NCBI GenBank assembly: GCA_964371585.1
Contig: CAYJMD010000003.1
Location: forward strand, 14,631 to 78,630
Source of the DNA: an uncultured Clostridiaceae bacterium
GTDB taxonomy: Bacteria > Bacillota > Clostridia > TANB77 > CAG-465
Length of the DNA stretch: 64,000 bases
Direction: 5' to 3'
In this document: positions 36,776-48,863 of the stretch, one piece after another
Numbering within the stretch: the stretch's first letter is position 1
Layout: every line of letters starts with the position of its first letter
Translations under genes and position numbers: made by a program
The notes under the pieces: generated by a model
Database searches by the model: none
Seen by the model: only the letters and a program-made list of their open reading frames with translations
What the model was told of the DNA's origin: nothing

Positions 36776-36805
36776 AAACTTATAAACTAATTTGTTTATA
36801 AGTTT
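36776..36805 (+). terminator. rho-independent terminator
   Basis: AAACTTATAAAC-N6-GTTTATAAGTTT followed by TTTT. Confidence 0.8.
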
Positions 36806-36843
36806 TTTCTTTATCTATATGTAATTATTACTGTATAGTTTAA

Positions 36844-36872
36844 TTGAAAAACTACATAAAAAATGATATAAT
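36844..36872 (+). promoter_or_regulatory. sigma-A type promoter for uvrB
   Basis: TTGAAA-17 nt-TATAAT with a TGa extended -10. Confidence 0.7.
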
Positions 36873-36892
36873 TAAACAAAAAGGAGTTTAGA

Positions 36893-38842
36893 ATGTTTAA
36901 GATTCATAGTAAATATAAACCTAGTGGTGATCAGCCACAAGCAATTGAAAAATTAGTAAATGGAATTACTTCAGGTAATAAATTTCAAACATTACTTGGA
37001 GTTACTGGTAGTGGTAAAACATTTACAATGGCAAATATAATTGAAAAAGTAAATAGACCAACAATAATACTGGCTCATAATAAAACATTAGCAGGCCAGC
37101 TATACAGTGAATTTAAAGAACTATTTCCGGATAATAGTGTTGAATACTTTATAAGTTACTATGACTATTATCAACCAGAAGCATATATAGCTGCAACTGA
37201 TACATATATAGAAAAAGATAGTAGTATAAATGATGAAATCGATAAATTAAGACATAGTGCTACAGCAGCTCTTTTTGAAAGAAAAGATGTTATAATAATA
37301 GCTTCTGTTTCTGCTATTTACTCTCTTGGAGATCCAGAAGACTATACTTCTATGGTAATCTCTATTAGACCTTCTATGACAATGTCAAGAGAAGAATTTA
37401 TTAGAAGTTTAGTAGAGCTTCAATATGAAAGAAATGATATAGATTTTTCAAGAGGTAAATTCAGAGTTAAAGGTGATATTGTTGACGTATTCCCTGCTGG
37501 GACTTCAAGTGAAGTTTTAAGAATTGAATTTTTTGGAGATGAAATAGAAAAAATAAGTATTTTAGATAACATCACTTTTAAAACCAAATCTACTTCTAAA
37601 CATGAATTTATATACCCTAAATCTCATTATGTCTTTCAAAAAGATAAACTGGAAAAAACTATTAAACTTATCGAAAGTGATTTAGAAGATAGATTAAATG
37701 AACTTAAATCATTAAATAAAAATATTGAAGCATATAGATTAGAACAACGTACTAATTTTGACATTGAGATGCTTAGAGAAACTGGATTTTGTCAAGGTAT
37801 AGAAAATTATTCTGTATATATGTCTGGCAGAGAAAAAGGTTCTACTCCATATACATTATTTGACTATTTAGGTGATGAATTTTTAGTACTTATTGATGAA
37901 TCTCATGTTACAATCCCTCAAATAAGAGCCATGTATAATGGCGATAGAGCTCGTAAAGAATCTCTAGTAGAAAATGGATTTAGACTTCCTTCAGCTTTTG
38001 ATAATAGACCACTTAAATTTGAAGAATTTGAAAAGAAAATAGATAAAACTATTTTTGTATCTGCTACTCCTGGTGATTACGAGAATACTAATGCTACCAA
38101 TATTGCTGAACAAATAATTAGACCTACAGGACTAATTGATCCAACCATAATAGTTAAACCTCGAGATAATCAAATTGATGACTTACTTATAAATATTAAT
38201 GAAAGACTAGAAAAGAAAGAAAAAGTATTAGTTACTACTTTAACAAAAAAACAAGCTGAAGAACTTTCTAAATTCTTATCTAATAAAGGTATTAGAGTAA
38301 ACTACATGCATTCAGATATAAAAGCATTAGAAAGACTTGAAATAATCAAAAATTTAAGAGAAGATAAATTTGATGTACTTGTAGGTATCAATCTACTACG
38401 TGAAGGACTTGATATTCCTGAAGTTTCACTTGTTGCTATTTTAGATAGTGATAAAGAAGGTTTTTTAAGATCTGAACGTTCTTTAATACAAACTATTGGT
38501 AGAGCTGCAAGAAATATAAATGGAACAGTTATAATGTATGCAGATGAACTTACTCCTTCTATGGAAAAAGCTATAACTGAAACTAATAGAAGACGTGAAA
38601 TACAACTTAAATACAATAAAGATCATAATATTGTTCCTAAAACTATTGTTAAAGATATAAGGGAAAGTATTAAAGCTACATTTACTGAAAACGAAGTAAA
38701 TGAAATTGATATAAATAAAGAAGAATCTAAAGAGCAAACAATTGAAAGATTAACTGAAGAAATGATGATGTATGCTAAAAAATATGAATTTGAAAAAGCT
38801 GCTACATTACGTGATTTTATCAATGAATTAAAAGGATTATAA
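36893..38842 (+). CDS. uvrB: excinuclease ABC subunit B
   Basis: [10 protein letters not shown] Walker A, DESHVT, and a C-terminal UVR motif ([11 protein letters not shown]). Confidence 0.95.
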   Translation: MFKIHSKYKPSGDQPQAIEKLVNGITSGNKFQTLLGVTGSGKTFTMANIIEKVNRPTIILAHNKTLAGQLYSEFKELFPDNSVEYFISYYDYYQPEAYIAATDTYIEKDSSINDEIDKLRHSATAALFERKDVIIIASVSAIYSLGDPEDYTSMVISIRPSMTMSREEFIRSLVELQYERNDIDFSRGKFRVKGDIVDVFPAGTSSEVLRIEFFGDEIEKISILDNITFKTKSTSKHEFIYPKSHYVFQKDKLEKTIKLIESDLEDRLNELKSLNKNIEAYRLEQRTNFDIEMLRETGFCQGIENYSVYMSGREKGSTPYTLFDYLGDEFLVLIDESHVTIPQIRAMYNGDRARKESLVENGFRLPSAFDNRPLKFEEFEKKIDKTIFVSATPGDYENTNATNIAEQIIRPTGLIDPTIIVKPRDNQIDDLLININERLEKKEKVLVTTLTKKQAEELSKFLSNKGIRVNYMHSDIKALERLEIIKNLREDKFDVLVGINLLREGLDIPEVSLVAILDSDKEGFLRSERSLIQTIGRAARNINGTVIMYADELTPSMEKAITETNRRREIQLKYNKDHNIVPKTIVKDIRESIKATFTENEVNEIDINKEESKEQTIERLTEEMMMYAKKYEFEKAATLRDFINELKGL

Positions 38843-38892
38843 AATAATAATATAATAAATAATCCTAAAAATGTTATATAAAAAACAACTAA

Positions 38893-38919
38893 AAAGAAGT
38901 ACAATTTTGTACTTCTTTC
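38893..38919. terminator. bidirectional hairpin terminator
   Basis: AAAGAAGTACA-N5-TGTACTTCTTT, between uvrB and the convergent orphan operon. Confidence 0.8.
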
Positions 38920-38992
38920 TACTTTTAATGTTTTGTTCTTTAATTTTTACTATTTTCTACTTTTAATTTACAGTATTACTAATTTTAAAATT

Positions 38993-39205
38993 CTAACCGT
39001 GCATTGATTGTAAATGGAGCATAATAACTTCTAAAGTATCATCAGATATATCATCTTCATCTGCTGAAATAGAAAGTAAATATTCTGCTCCCATACTGTC
39101 TTCAGGAACTTCTTCAAAATAAGCTTGAGCAAGTTTTTGCAGTGATTCACAGTCTGTTTGTAAAATTTCGTTTAAGTAATCTTTTAAATCTCCAACGTCG
39201 TACAT
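38993..39205 (-). CDS. small acidic hypothetical protein
   Basis: 70 aa from ATG 39205 (AAGGAGA SD). D/E-rich, no TM. Confidence 0.5.
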   Translation of the reverse strand: MYDVGDLKDYLNEILQTDCESLQKLAQAYFEEVPEDSMGAEYLLSISADEDDISDDTLEVIMLHLQSMHG

Positions 39206-39262
39206 ATTAATGTCTCCTTTTAATTTATTATTTAGTGTTAACATAATAATTATAACATATTT

Positions 39263-39574
39263 TTATCTCATTTTCAAGTTTTTATATAGTTTTGAGTAGT
39301 TAAACATTATTATATCAATTTTTTCTTCTGTAACTTGCTCTTCATCATCTATTACATCTAAAATATTATTACATTCTATTTCATAAGTAGGATAATTTGT
39401 TTGTAATTTAAAAAGTAATATTCTTAGGTTATCAAATTTACTTACTTCTATATCATTTCTATTTAAATAATTATATATATTATTACTTATTAATGTATAG
39501 AAATAATGTAAGCACTCATTTGTATTGCCTTTTTTATATAAATCTATGATATGCTTTTTTTCTAGTTCATTCAT
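39263..39574 (-). CDS. hypothetical protein
   Basis: 103 aa, helical-looking, no family recognised. Confidence 0.5.
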   Translation of the reverse strand: MNELEKKHIIDLYKKGNTNECLHYFYTLISNNIYNYLNRNDIEVSKFDNLRILLFKLQTNYPTYEIECNNILDVIDDEEQVTEEKIDIIMFNYSKLYKNLKMR

Positions 39575-39588
39575 TATATTACTCCTTT

Positions 39589-41025
39589 CTATATAGTTAT
39601 TTCATTATTATCTACTATTGATCTAGTATAATTATAATTCTGATTTTTAGCTGTTTTATCTATAATTTGTTCTTCAGAATAATTCAGATTTTCAAGTTCT
39701 TCAAACAAATCAGGTTCTTTATTGTGTTTTAAATTACTTTCATTTAAAGCTTCATCGATGTATTTAAATCTTTGATATTTATCTTTATATGAATTTGATT
39801 TTATTTCGCTATCAAAATTAGATATAAAAGATAATTCTTTTAACATATTTTCTTGTGAATATGAAAGTCTATCCTCCTCATTCATAGAGTTTATTGTCCT
39901 TGTTAATACTTTTTTATCACCTTCAGTAAGTGGTCTTGTTAGTGGATATTCTATATGATTACATTCATATTTATAATTAAATATCTTATCTGCTTTAACA
40001 TTATTTTCAAATGGCAAATTACTTAATATATCTTTTAAATATTCCTCATTCATATGTACACTAACTGTATTTATATAATTATTCAATCTTATATTTACTA
40101 CACTATTATATTTAGCTGTTGTTTCATCTGATTCTAAGTATATTTTAGCTTCACTTCTAATACCTGAATTTAAAGTTTTAATATGTTCTTTTAATAATAT
40201 TTCAGTACTAGTACCTTTCATATGATACATTAAACTTTTATTACTTTCATAATCATATAACTGTGCAAATTCTTTCATATCTATATCTTTAAAATCAGGT
40301 TCATGTTCCTTAATTTTTTTGCTGAATTCATTTAAAATATCTTCTTTTTGTTTATCATTTAATTTAGTACTTTTATCATAATATTCACTTATATATGACC
40401 CCAAAGTCTTAGAATTATTTATATCACTTGCAGATTTAAGCATTTTTTCTACCCTTGAAATTGCTGCTTTAAATCTACTATCAGTCATACTTACATTACC
40501 TGCTATCTCTTCTCTTTTTGATATAGCTAAAGCTTGATAGACTTTAGAGGCAATATTACTGTATGTTATATTTTTAGTTAATAATTCTTCTAAAGTATTA
40601 TCTTCATTGTTACTGAATACTTCTTTAGAATCTTTTTGGTTACAATCAAGAGGTAGTCTCTTAGCTCCAATTTTATGATAGAAATCATTTTCTTTAGGAG
40701 CATATTTGTTATATTCATATATTAAATACTGATCAACACCAAGTGGAAGTAATAATTTTTCATATATATATTTCATATTTTGCGAGCATATTCTACCTAT
40801 CTTATCATTTAATCTATTTATTTCATCAAAACTATTATCTTCATTATTTTCATATTCAATATTTTTTTTACTTTCACATGACAGTAACTCTGAATATCCT
40901 CTTTTCATAGCTTTAGGTGTATAGACATGAACTTTAGACAATACTTTTGAATCTTTATTTGTCTCATATTTATCAAAATATCCTTTTATTTTACTTGCCA
41001 TAGAATTAATTTTACTATTATTCAT
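39589..41025 (-). CDS. hypothetical protein (478 aa, soluble, K/E/N-rich)
   Basis: AGGAGG SD. No TM, Walker or nuclease motif recognised by eye. Confidence 0.6.
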   Translation of the reverse strand: MNNSKINSMASKIKGYFDKYETNKDSKVLSKVHVYTPKAMKRGYSELLSCESKKNIEYENNEDNSFDEINRLNDKIGRICSQNMKYIYEKLLLPLGVDQYLIYEYNKYAPKENDFYHKIGAKRLPLDCNQKDSKEVFSNNEDNTLEELLTKNITYSNIASKVYQALAISKREEIAGNVSMTDSRFKAAISRVEKMLKSASDINNSKTLGSYISEYYDKSTKLNDKQKEDILNEFSKKIKEHEPDFKDIDMKEFAQLYDYESNKSLMYHMKGTSTEILLKEHIKTLNSGIRSEAKIYLESDETTAKYNSVVNIRLNNYINTVSVHMNEEYLKDILSNLPFENNVKADKIFNYKYECNHIEYPLTRPLTEGDKKVLTRTINSMNEEDRLSYSQENMLKELSFISNFDSEIKSNSYKDKYQRFKYIDEALNESNLKHNKEPDLFEELENLNYSEEQIIDKTAKNQNYNYTRSIVDNNEITI

Positions 41026-41075
41026 ATAGCCTCCTATATTTTATTTGTATTTTTCATAATATCATTTATATATCA

Positions 41076-41104
41076 ATTATATCACATATAATTTTTTTTG
41101 AAAA
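41076..41104 (-). promoter_or_regulatory. extended -10 promoter for the orphan three-gene operon
   Basis: Minus strand reads TTTTCA-17 nt-TATAAT with a TGa extension. Confidence 0.45.
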
Positions 41105-41106
41105 TA

Positions 41107-41162
41107 TTTTAATTAATTTTTAATTAATATTTTAATAAATTTTTAATTAACATTTTAATTAC
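41107..41162. repeat. five phased copies of TTTTAATTAA-like unit (11-12 bp period)
   Basis: TTTTAATTAA / TTTTTAATTAA / TATTTTAATAAA / TTTTTAATTAA / CATTTTAATTAC, read directly. Confidence 0.7.
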
Positions 41163-41186
41163 TTTGTTATAATTAAATCATAAAAA

Positions 41187-41217
41187 ATAGACTAGTAATA
41201 TATTATTACTAATCTAT
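41187..41217 (-). terminator. rho-independent terminator after eno
   Basis: ATAGACTAGTAATA-tat-TATTACTAATCTAT (one mismatch), with a T-run on the minus strand. Confidence 0.7.
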
Positions 41218-41255
41218 CTTATTTCTATTAATTTAATAACTTAATATTAAATTAA

Positions 41256-42572
<1,317 letters not shown>

Positions 42573-42619
42573 TTAATTTCCTCCTTAACAATCTTTATAT
42601 ATTATTTTAAAAATAATAA

Positions 42620-43486
42620 CTATAATTTTTTAACCTGAGCTTTTAAGTTTTTAGTAAATTTATCTTCTGCTCTTTCATATTTCTTATCCATTCTATACTC
42701 AGCTCTTTTGTTTTCAATATCAGCGTGTTTTTCACTGATTTTTTTTATATAATCATTTAATCTAGTTTCTCTTTTATACTCCGCAAATATTTCATCATGC
42801 TCATCTGGATCTTTTTCATAATGCTCTTCATAAACTTTATAAAGTTCATCATTTTTAATATCATACTGCTCTATTATTTCGTCATGCTCTTTTTTTATTT
42901 CATAACGATCAAGTACTGCATCAGTCATTGTTTTAATAAGTTTTCGTTGCTCGGACCAATCAAAATTAGGTATTTCATATCTTCTAACTGCAGACTGAGT
43001 AAGTCTATATGTTGCATGATAAAACACTGCTACAAATCTTTCTGGAGTTATTTGACCATCTACTAGTTTATCAAGTAGATCTTTAAATAACTTTTCTCTT
43101 TCAAGATTAATATATTTAATTGCATATGTAATATTTTTAACTTTATTTTTCTTTTTTAAATCTTCAGCTTTAAGTTGTTTTTTATTTTCTTTATCAATTT
43201 TGATATATTCATCTTCATTGATAAACGAGAAACCAACATGACCACATTTATCACATATTGCAGTATCTAAAGCTTCTTTTATTTGCTCTATATACATTTC
43301 ATGAATCTCTTCATTTGTTTTCATAACATTACTACACTTAGGATTATTACACTTATAATATAGTATTGCTTTTCTTGCAGGATCAATTTCCACATTTTCT
43401 TCTTCTGGATTTACAAGAAGATATGTTAGATATTCTGCTTCTGTACTAAAATCATCTCTAGTTTTTCTAGTATTTTCTTCAGACAT
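42620..43486 (-). CDS. hypothetical K/E-rich protein with zinc-ribbon-like CxxxxC..CxxC
   Basis: 288 aa, AGGTGA SD, 10 nt after the gpmI stop and 47 nt before the eno start. YYKCNNPKCSN..CDKCGH. Confidence 0.6.
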   Translation of the reverse strand: MSEENTRKTRDDFSTEAEYLTYLLVNPEEENVEIDPARKAILYYKCNNPKCSNVMKTNEEIHEMYIEQIKEALDTAICDKCGHVGFSFINEDEYIKIDKENKKQLKAEDLKKKNKVKNITYAIKYINLEREKLFKDLLDKLVDGQITPERFVAVFYHATYRLTQSAVRRYEIPNFDWSEQRKLIKTMTDAVLDRYEIKKEHDEIIEQYDIKNDELYKVYEEHYEKDPDEHDEIFAEYKRETRLNDYIKKISEKHADIENKRAEYRMDKKYERAEDKFTKNLKAQVKKL

Positions 43487-43496
43487 ATATATTCAC

Positions 43497-45038
43497 CTAC
43501 TTTATTTCTATTAAACTTGTTCCTGTCATTTCTGCAGGTTTATCAAGTCCCATTAGTGCAAGTATTGTTGGCGCAATATCACATAATGCTCCATCTACTA
43601 TTTTAGATATTCTATCTGATACTACAATTAATGGTACATCAAAAGTAGAATGAGATGTAATAACTTCACCAGTTTTAATATCTGTCATATACTCACAATT
43701 ACCATGATCTGCAGTTATAACTGCTTCTAATCCTAATTCTTCAACTTTTGAAATTACTTTTCCTACACAAGAATCTAAAACTTCAACAGCTTGAATAGCT
43801 TTTTCTAAATTACCAGTATGACCTACCATATCACCATTTGCATAGTTCATTACAATTAAATCATATTTATTTTCATCTAAAGCTTTTAAAACTTCTTCTG
43901 TAATTTCTAATGCAGACATTTCTGGTTTTAAATCATAAGTTGCAACTTTAGGTGATGGAATTAATATTCTTTCTTCACCATTATACTCATCTTCTTTTCC
44001 TCCATTAAAGAAAAATGTCACATGAGCATATTTTTCTGTTTCTGCAATTCTAAGCTGAGTCATTCCTTTAGAAGCAACATATTCTCCTAAAGTATTTGCA
44101 ATACTTTGAGGTTTATATGCAACTTTAACATTTGTTAATTTTTCATCATATGATGTCATAGTAACAAATACTAAATCTTTAGGTAAATTTACTCTTTCGA
44201 ATCCTTCATATTCATCATCAGTTAAAATATGAGTAAGTTCTCTTGCTCTATCTGGTCTAAAGTTGAAGAAAATACAAGAATCATTATCTGAAATTTTTGC
44301 AGTTTCTTTTTGTTCATCATTTACTATTATGATTGGTTTTACAAATTCATCAAACTCTTGTGATTCATATGAATTTTCTATAGCTTTTTGTACAGATTTA
44401 AATTTATTCCCCTCAGCATTAACCAGCATATCATATGCAAGTTTTAATCTGTCATATCTTTTATCTCTATCCATAGCATAATATCTACCAACAAGTGTAG
44501 CTATTTTACCAACTTCTAATTCATGAGTTTTATTTTCTAAATCTTTAAGAAAATCAATTGCACTACTTGGAGCAACATCTCTTCCATCTAAAAACGCATG
44601 TATATATACTTTTGATATATCATTATCTTTAGCAAGTTTTAATAGTGCATATAAATGGTCAATATGACTATGAACACCACCTGTTGAAACAAGTCCCATT
44701 AAATGAAGAGCACTATCATTTTTTTTAACATTTTTTATAGCTTTTAATAATTCTTCATTAGTATAAAAAGTTTCTTCACTAATTTCTTTTGTTATTCTTG
44801 TAAGTTCTTGATATATTACCCTACCAGCACCTATATTTGTATGCCCAACTTCTGAATTACCCATTTGTCCTTCAGGAAGTCCTACTGCCATACTACTTGT
44901 TTTAATTGTAGTATTTGGGTATTTAATACTTATCTTATCAATGTTTGGAGTTGAAGCTTGTTTAAAAGCATTTCCTACATCACTACTGTTTATTCCAACA
45001 CCATCTAATATCATAAGTAATTTTGTTTTTTTATTCAT
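43497..45038 (-). CDS. gpmI: 2,3-bisphosphoglycerate-independent phosphoglycerate mutase
   Basis: LMILDGVG, GNSEVGHTNIGAGR and ITADHGN motifs; 513 aa. Confidence 0.95.
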   Translation of the reverse strand: MNKKTKLLMILDGVGINSSDVGNAFKQASTPNIDKISIKYPNTTIKTSSMAVGLPEGQMGNSEVGHTNIGAGRVIYQELTRITKEISEETFYTNEELLKAIKNVKKNDSALHLMGLVSTGGVHSHIDHLYALLKLAKDNDISKVYIHAFLDGRDVAPSSAIDFLKDLENKTHELEVGKIATLVGRYYAMDRDKRYDRLKLAYDMLVNAEGNKFKSVQKAIENSYESQEFDEFVKPIIIVNDEQKETAKISDNDSCIFFNFRPDRARELTHILTDDEYEGFERVNLPKDLVFVTMTSYDEKLTNVKVAYKPQSIANTLGEYVASKGMTQLRIAETEKYAHVTFFFNGGKEDEYNGEERILIPSPKVATYDLKPEMSALEITEEVLKALDENKYDLIVMNYANGDMVGHTGNLEKAIQAVEVLDSCVGKVISKVEELGLEAVITADHGNCEYMTDIKTGEVITSHSTFDVPLIVVSDRISKIVDGALCDIAPTILALMGLDKPAEMTGTSLIEIK

Positions 45039-45098
45039 AAATTATCCTCATTTCTAATCATTTTCATCTATTATTTGGACTTACTTATTATATCACAC

Positions 45099-45848
45099 TT
45101 ATTCAAAGTTTACAACACCGATGAAATCATTTTTAATAGCTGCTCCACCTACTAAAGCACCATCAATATTAGGCATATTTAATATTTCAGCTGCATTTTT
45201 AGGATTAACACTTCCACCATATTGTATTCTTACTTTATCAGCAGTAATCTCATCATATATTTTAGCTACTTCTTCTCTAATATACTTACACATTTCTTCT
45301 GCTTGAGCACTTGTAGCTGTAACTCCAGTACCAATTGCCCAGATTGGTTCGTATGCGATAATAACAGAAGTTTGAACATCATTTTTTGATACTTCATTTA
45401 AACATTCAGTAACTTGCGTTTTTATAACCTCATATAATGATCCATCTTCTCTTTGGTTTAATGTTTCTCCAACACATAATATTGGTTTAATTCCTTTTTC
45501 TAATAGTTTTATAACTTTTTTATTAATTAAATCGTTAGTTTCTCCAAATATTTCTCTTCTTTCACTATGACCAACTATACAGTAATCACAACCAACAGCA
45601 TATAACATTGAAGGAGATGTTTCTCCAGTATATGCTCCTGCATTTTCACAATATACATTTTGAGCTCCAAGTGATATATTAGTACCTTGTAGTAAATCAA
45701 ATAATCTATCTAAACATGTTACATTTGGACATATAACTACATCTACTTCATTAGTATTTATACTACCTTTTATACTTTCTACAAAATCCTCAGCTTCATT
45801 TATAGTAAGGTTCATTTTATAATTTCCTGCTATTATTTTTTTTCTCAT
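45099..45848 (-). CDS. tpiA: triose-phosphate isomerase
   Basis: AGNYKMN, VGHSERR and AYEPIWAIGTG motifs. Confidence 0.95.
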   Translation of the reverse strand: MRKKIIAGNYKMNLTINEAEDFVESIKGSINTNEVDVVICPNVTCLDRLFDLLQGTNISLGAQNVYCENAGAYTGETSPSMLYAVGCDYCIVGHSERREIFGETNDLINKKVIKLLEKGIKPILCVGETLNQREDGSLYEVIKTQVTECLNEVSKNDVQTSVIIAYEPIWAIGTGVTATSAQAEEMCKYIREEVAKIYDEITADKVRIQYGGSVNPKNAAEILNMPNIDGALVGGAAIKNDFIGVVNFE

Positions 45849-45860
45849 AATTATTCTCCT

Positions 45861-46412
45861 TTAATTTAATATTACATAATTAGAAATTTTTGCAAATTCT
45901 GGCTCTATAGATTTAGATGCAAATTTAAATTTCAAGTTACCATTTTCATCTATACTATATGTACCATTATAATAATCATCTTTTACAACATCTAAATCTT
46001 CCCAACTAGATGAATTTAAAATATTTTCTACTTCTCTAGCAAGATTATTAAATGAGTTTAAATCTGTTGTAGTATTTTCCACCATATATATCGCTACTTT
46101 TGATTGAAGAGAATCTATATATTTTTCAAATTTTTCTTGTTCCCCAGATCTTGAATACAGTGCTAAAATTTCTTCTGAATAATCATCATGGTTAAGAGAA
46201 GCGACTCCATTTGTATTATTATTATCAAAGAAACTAATATTACTTATTAAATATATAGCTAGTCCTATAACTACTAAAAAAGCTATACTCTTCAGGATAA
46301 ATATTTTTTGTGGATAACCACTTCTATATTTTTTATCCAGTTCATTCAATTTTTTTCTTGCACTGGTAATATTTTCTTTTCTTACATTTTTTATATTATT
46401 ATTTTTATCCAT
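45861..46412 (-). CDS. hypothetical membrane-anchored protein
   Basis: 183 aa, AGAAGGA SD, 26 nt after the pgk stop and 12 nt before the tpiA start. Basic N-terminus, one TM helix, extracytoplasmic domain. Confidence 0.6.
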   Translation of the reverse strand: MDKNNNIKNVRKENITSARKKLNELDKKYRSGYPQKIFILKSIAFLVVIGLAIYLISNISFFDNNNTNGVASLNHDDYSEEILALYSRSGEQEKFEKYIDSLQSKVAIYMVENTTTDLNSFNNLAREVENILNSSSWEDLDVVKDDYYNGTYSIDENGNLKFKFASKSIEPEFAKISNYVILN

Positions 46413-46438
46413 ACTTTATCCTTCTCTATTAATACTTA

Positions 46439-47647
46439 CTACTCAGAAATATCTTCACTTAAAATTTCTTTTTCTTCTAAAGCATCTATTCCTGGAAGTA
46501 TTTTTCCTTCCATAAACTCAAGTGAAGCTCCTCCACCTGTAGATACATGATTCATTTTATCTTCAAGTTCAAATTTTTCTATAGCTGCAGCACTATCTCC
46601 GCCACCAATTATCGTTATAGCTTCTGTCTGTGCTAAAGCTTCAGCAATTTTTTTAGTACCATTACTAAATTTTTCTATTTCAAATACTCCAACTGGTCCG
46701 TTCCATACAACAGTTCCCGCTTTCATAATTATATCTGTATATAGTTTACAAGTTTCTTCTCCAATATCTACACCAGCTAAATCATCTGGAATATCTTTTG
46801 AAGGTACATTATGAACTAAAGCTATTTCAGATATTTCCTCAGCAGCAATGTTATCTATAGGTAGAAGGAAATTTACATTTCTATCACTAGCTTTTTTTAA
46901 TATTTCTAATGCAACTTCCATTTTATCATCTTCACATAAAGATTTACCAACTTTAAATCCCATAGCTTTGTAGAAAGTATATGACATAGCTCCACCTATC
47001 AATATAGTATCAACTTTTTCTATTAAAGTTGTAAGTACATCTATTTTACTAGAAATTTTAGCTCCACCTATTATTGCAACAAGTGGTCTTACTGGATTAT
47101 TAATTCCTTTATCTAAAGCTTCTATTTCTTTTTCAATTAAAAAACCACATACACTTGGTAAATATTTAGTTACACCATATGTTGAAGCATGAGCTCTATG
47201 AGCAGTTCCAAAAGCATCATTTACAAAAATTTTAAATGGTTTTGCAAGAGCTTTAGCAAACTCTTCGTCATTTGCTTCTTCCTCTTCATAATTTCTTAAA
47301 TTTTCTAAAAGTATTACATCTCCACTTTTCATATTGTTTACTGCTTCTTCTACTTTTTCACCAATACAATCATCAACAAATAGTACTTCTTTTTCTAGTA
47401 ATTCTGATAATCTTTCAGCTACTGGTCTTAAAGAAATATTTTTCCCTGTTTTACCAATATGTGAACAAAGTACTATTTTAGCACCTGCACTTATTAAATA
47501 ATTAATAGTTTTTAATGATTCAACTATTCTTTTATCACTTGTTATTGTTGTTTTTGTTTCTCTGTCAAGCGGAACATTAAAGTCACATCTAACAAGTACT
47601 TTTTTCCCACTTACACCTATATCTTTAACTGTTCTTTTATTTAGCAT
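46439..47647 (-). CDS. pgk: phosphoglycerate kinase
   Basis: RCDFNVPL, AHRAHAST and STGGGASLEF motifs. Confidence 0.95.
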   Translation of the reverse strand: MLNKRTVKDIGVSGKKVLVRCDFNVPLDRETKTTITSDKRIVESLKTINYLISAGAKIVLCSHIGKTGKNISLRPVAERLSELLEKEVLFVDDCIGEKVEEAVNNMKSGDVILLENLRNYEEEEANDEEFAKALAKPFKIFVNDAFGTAHRAHASTYGVTKYLPSVCGFLIEKEIEALDKGINNPVRPLVAIIGGAKISSKIDVLTTLIEKVDTILIGGAMSYTFYKAMGFKVGKSLCEDDKMEVALEILKKASDRNVNFLLPIDNIAAEEISEIALVHNVPSKDIPDDLAGVDIGEETCKLYTDIIMKAGTVVWNGPVGVFEIEKFSNGTKKIAEALAQTEAITIIGGGDSAAAIEKFELEDKMNHVSTGGGASLEFMEGKILPGIDALEEKEILSEDISE

Positions 47648-47717
47648 AATTCCTCCTAAAAATTATAGCAAAGCATAAAATTATCATCTTGTGCTTTGCT
47701 ACTTTTAACTATTTTTA

Positions 47718-48749
<1,032 letters not shown>

Positions 48750-48761
48750 TTATATACTGTT

Positions 48762-48790
48762 ATTTTACCTCAAAGCTAAATGCATTTCAA
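48762..48790 (-). promoter_or_regulatory. sigma-A type promoter for the gap operon
   Basis: Minus strand reads TTGAAA-17 nt-TAAAAT. Confidence 0.65.
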
Positions 48791-48863
48791 GCTTTAAATA
48801 GAATTTGTTTTATTTTTTACAAATATTGATAATTTTCTACATTTCTTTTAGCACTCTTAGCAA

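Noticed and set aside
38302-38904. Three overlapping minus-strand ORFs (104, 84 and 93 aa) antisense to uvrB.
   Set aside because: They lie entirely inside a confidently identified gene on the other strand. They have hydrophobic or low-complexity translations typical of shadow ORFs in AT-rich DNA, and no SD. The same reasoning rejects 194-388, 1071-1265, 1388-1570, 2390-2737, 3427-3615, 4038-4223, 7180-7542, 8945-9214, 11093-11296, 11815-12054, 12545-12730, 13503-13721, 15300-15500, 16513-16875, 18455-18754, 19227-19580, 19714-20742, 21492-22162, 27854-28261, 30485-30718, 32106-32390, 41851-42078, 42797-43066, 44263-44481, 45121-45306, 46308-46550, 47272-47481, 48577-48801, 49777-49962, 53173-53418, 57106-57333, 57568-58044, 58688-58894, 61838-62086 and 63341-63526.
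41101-41165. Short tandem A/T repeats, considered as a possible CRISPR or minisatellite.
   Set aside because: The units are only 10-12 bp with no unique spacers, and there are no cas genes anywhere in the window. Kept only as a phased A/T (curvature) element.
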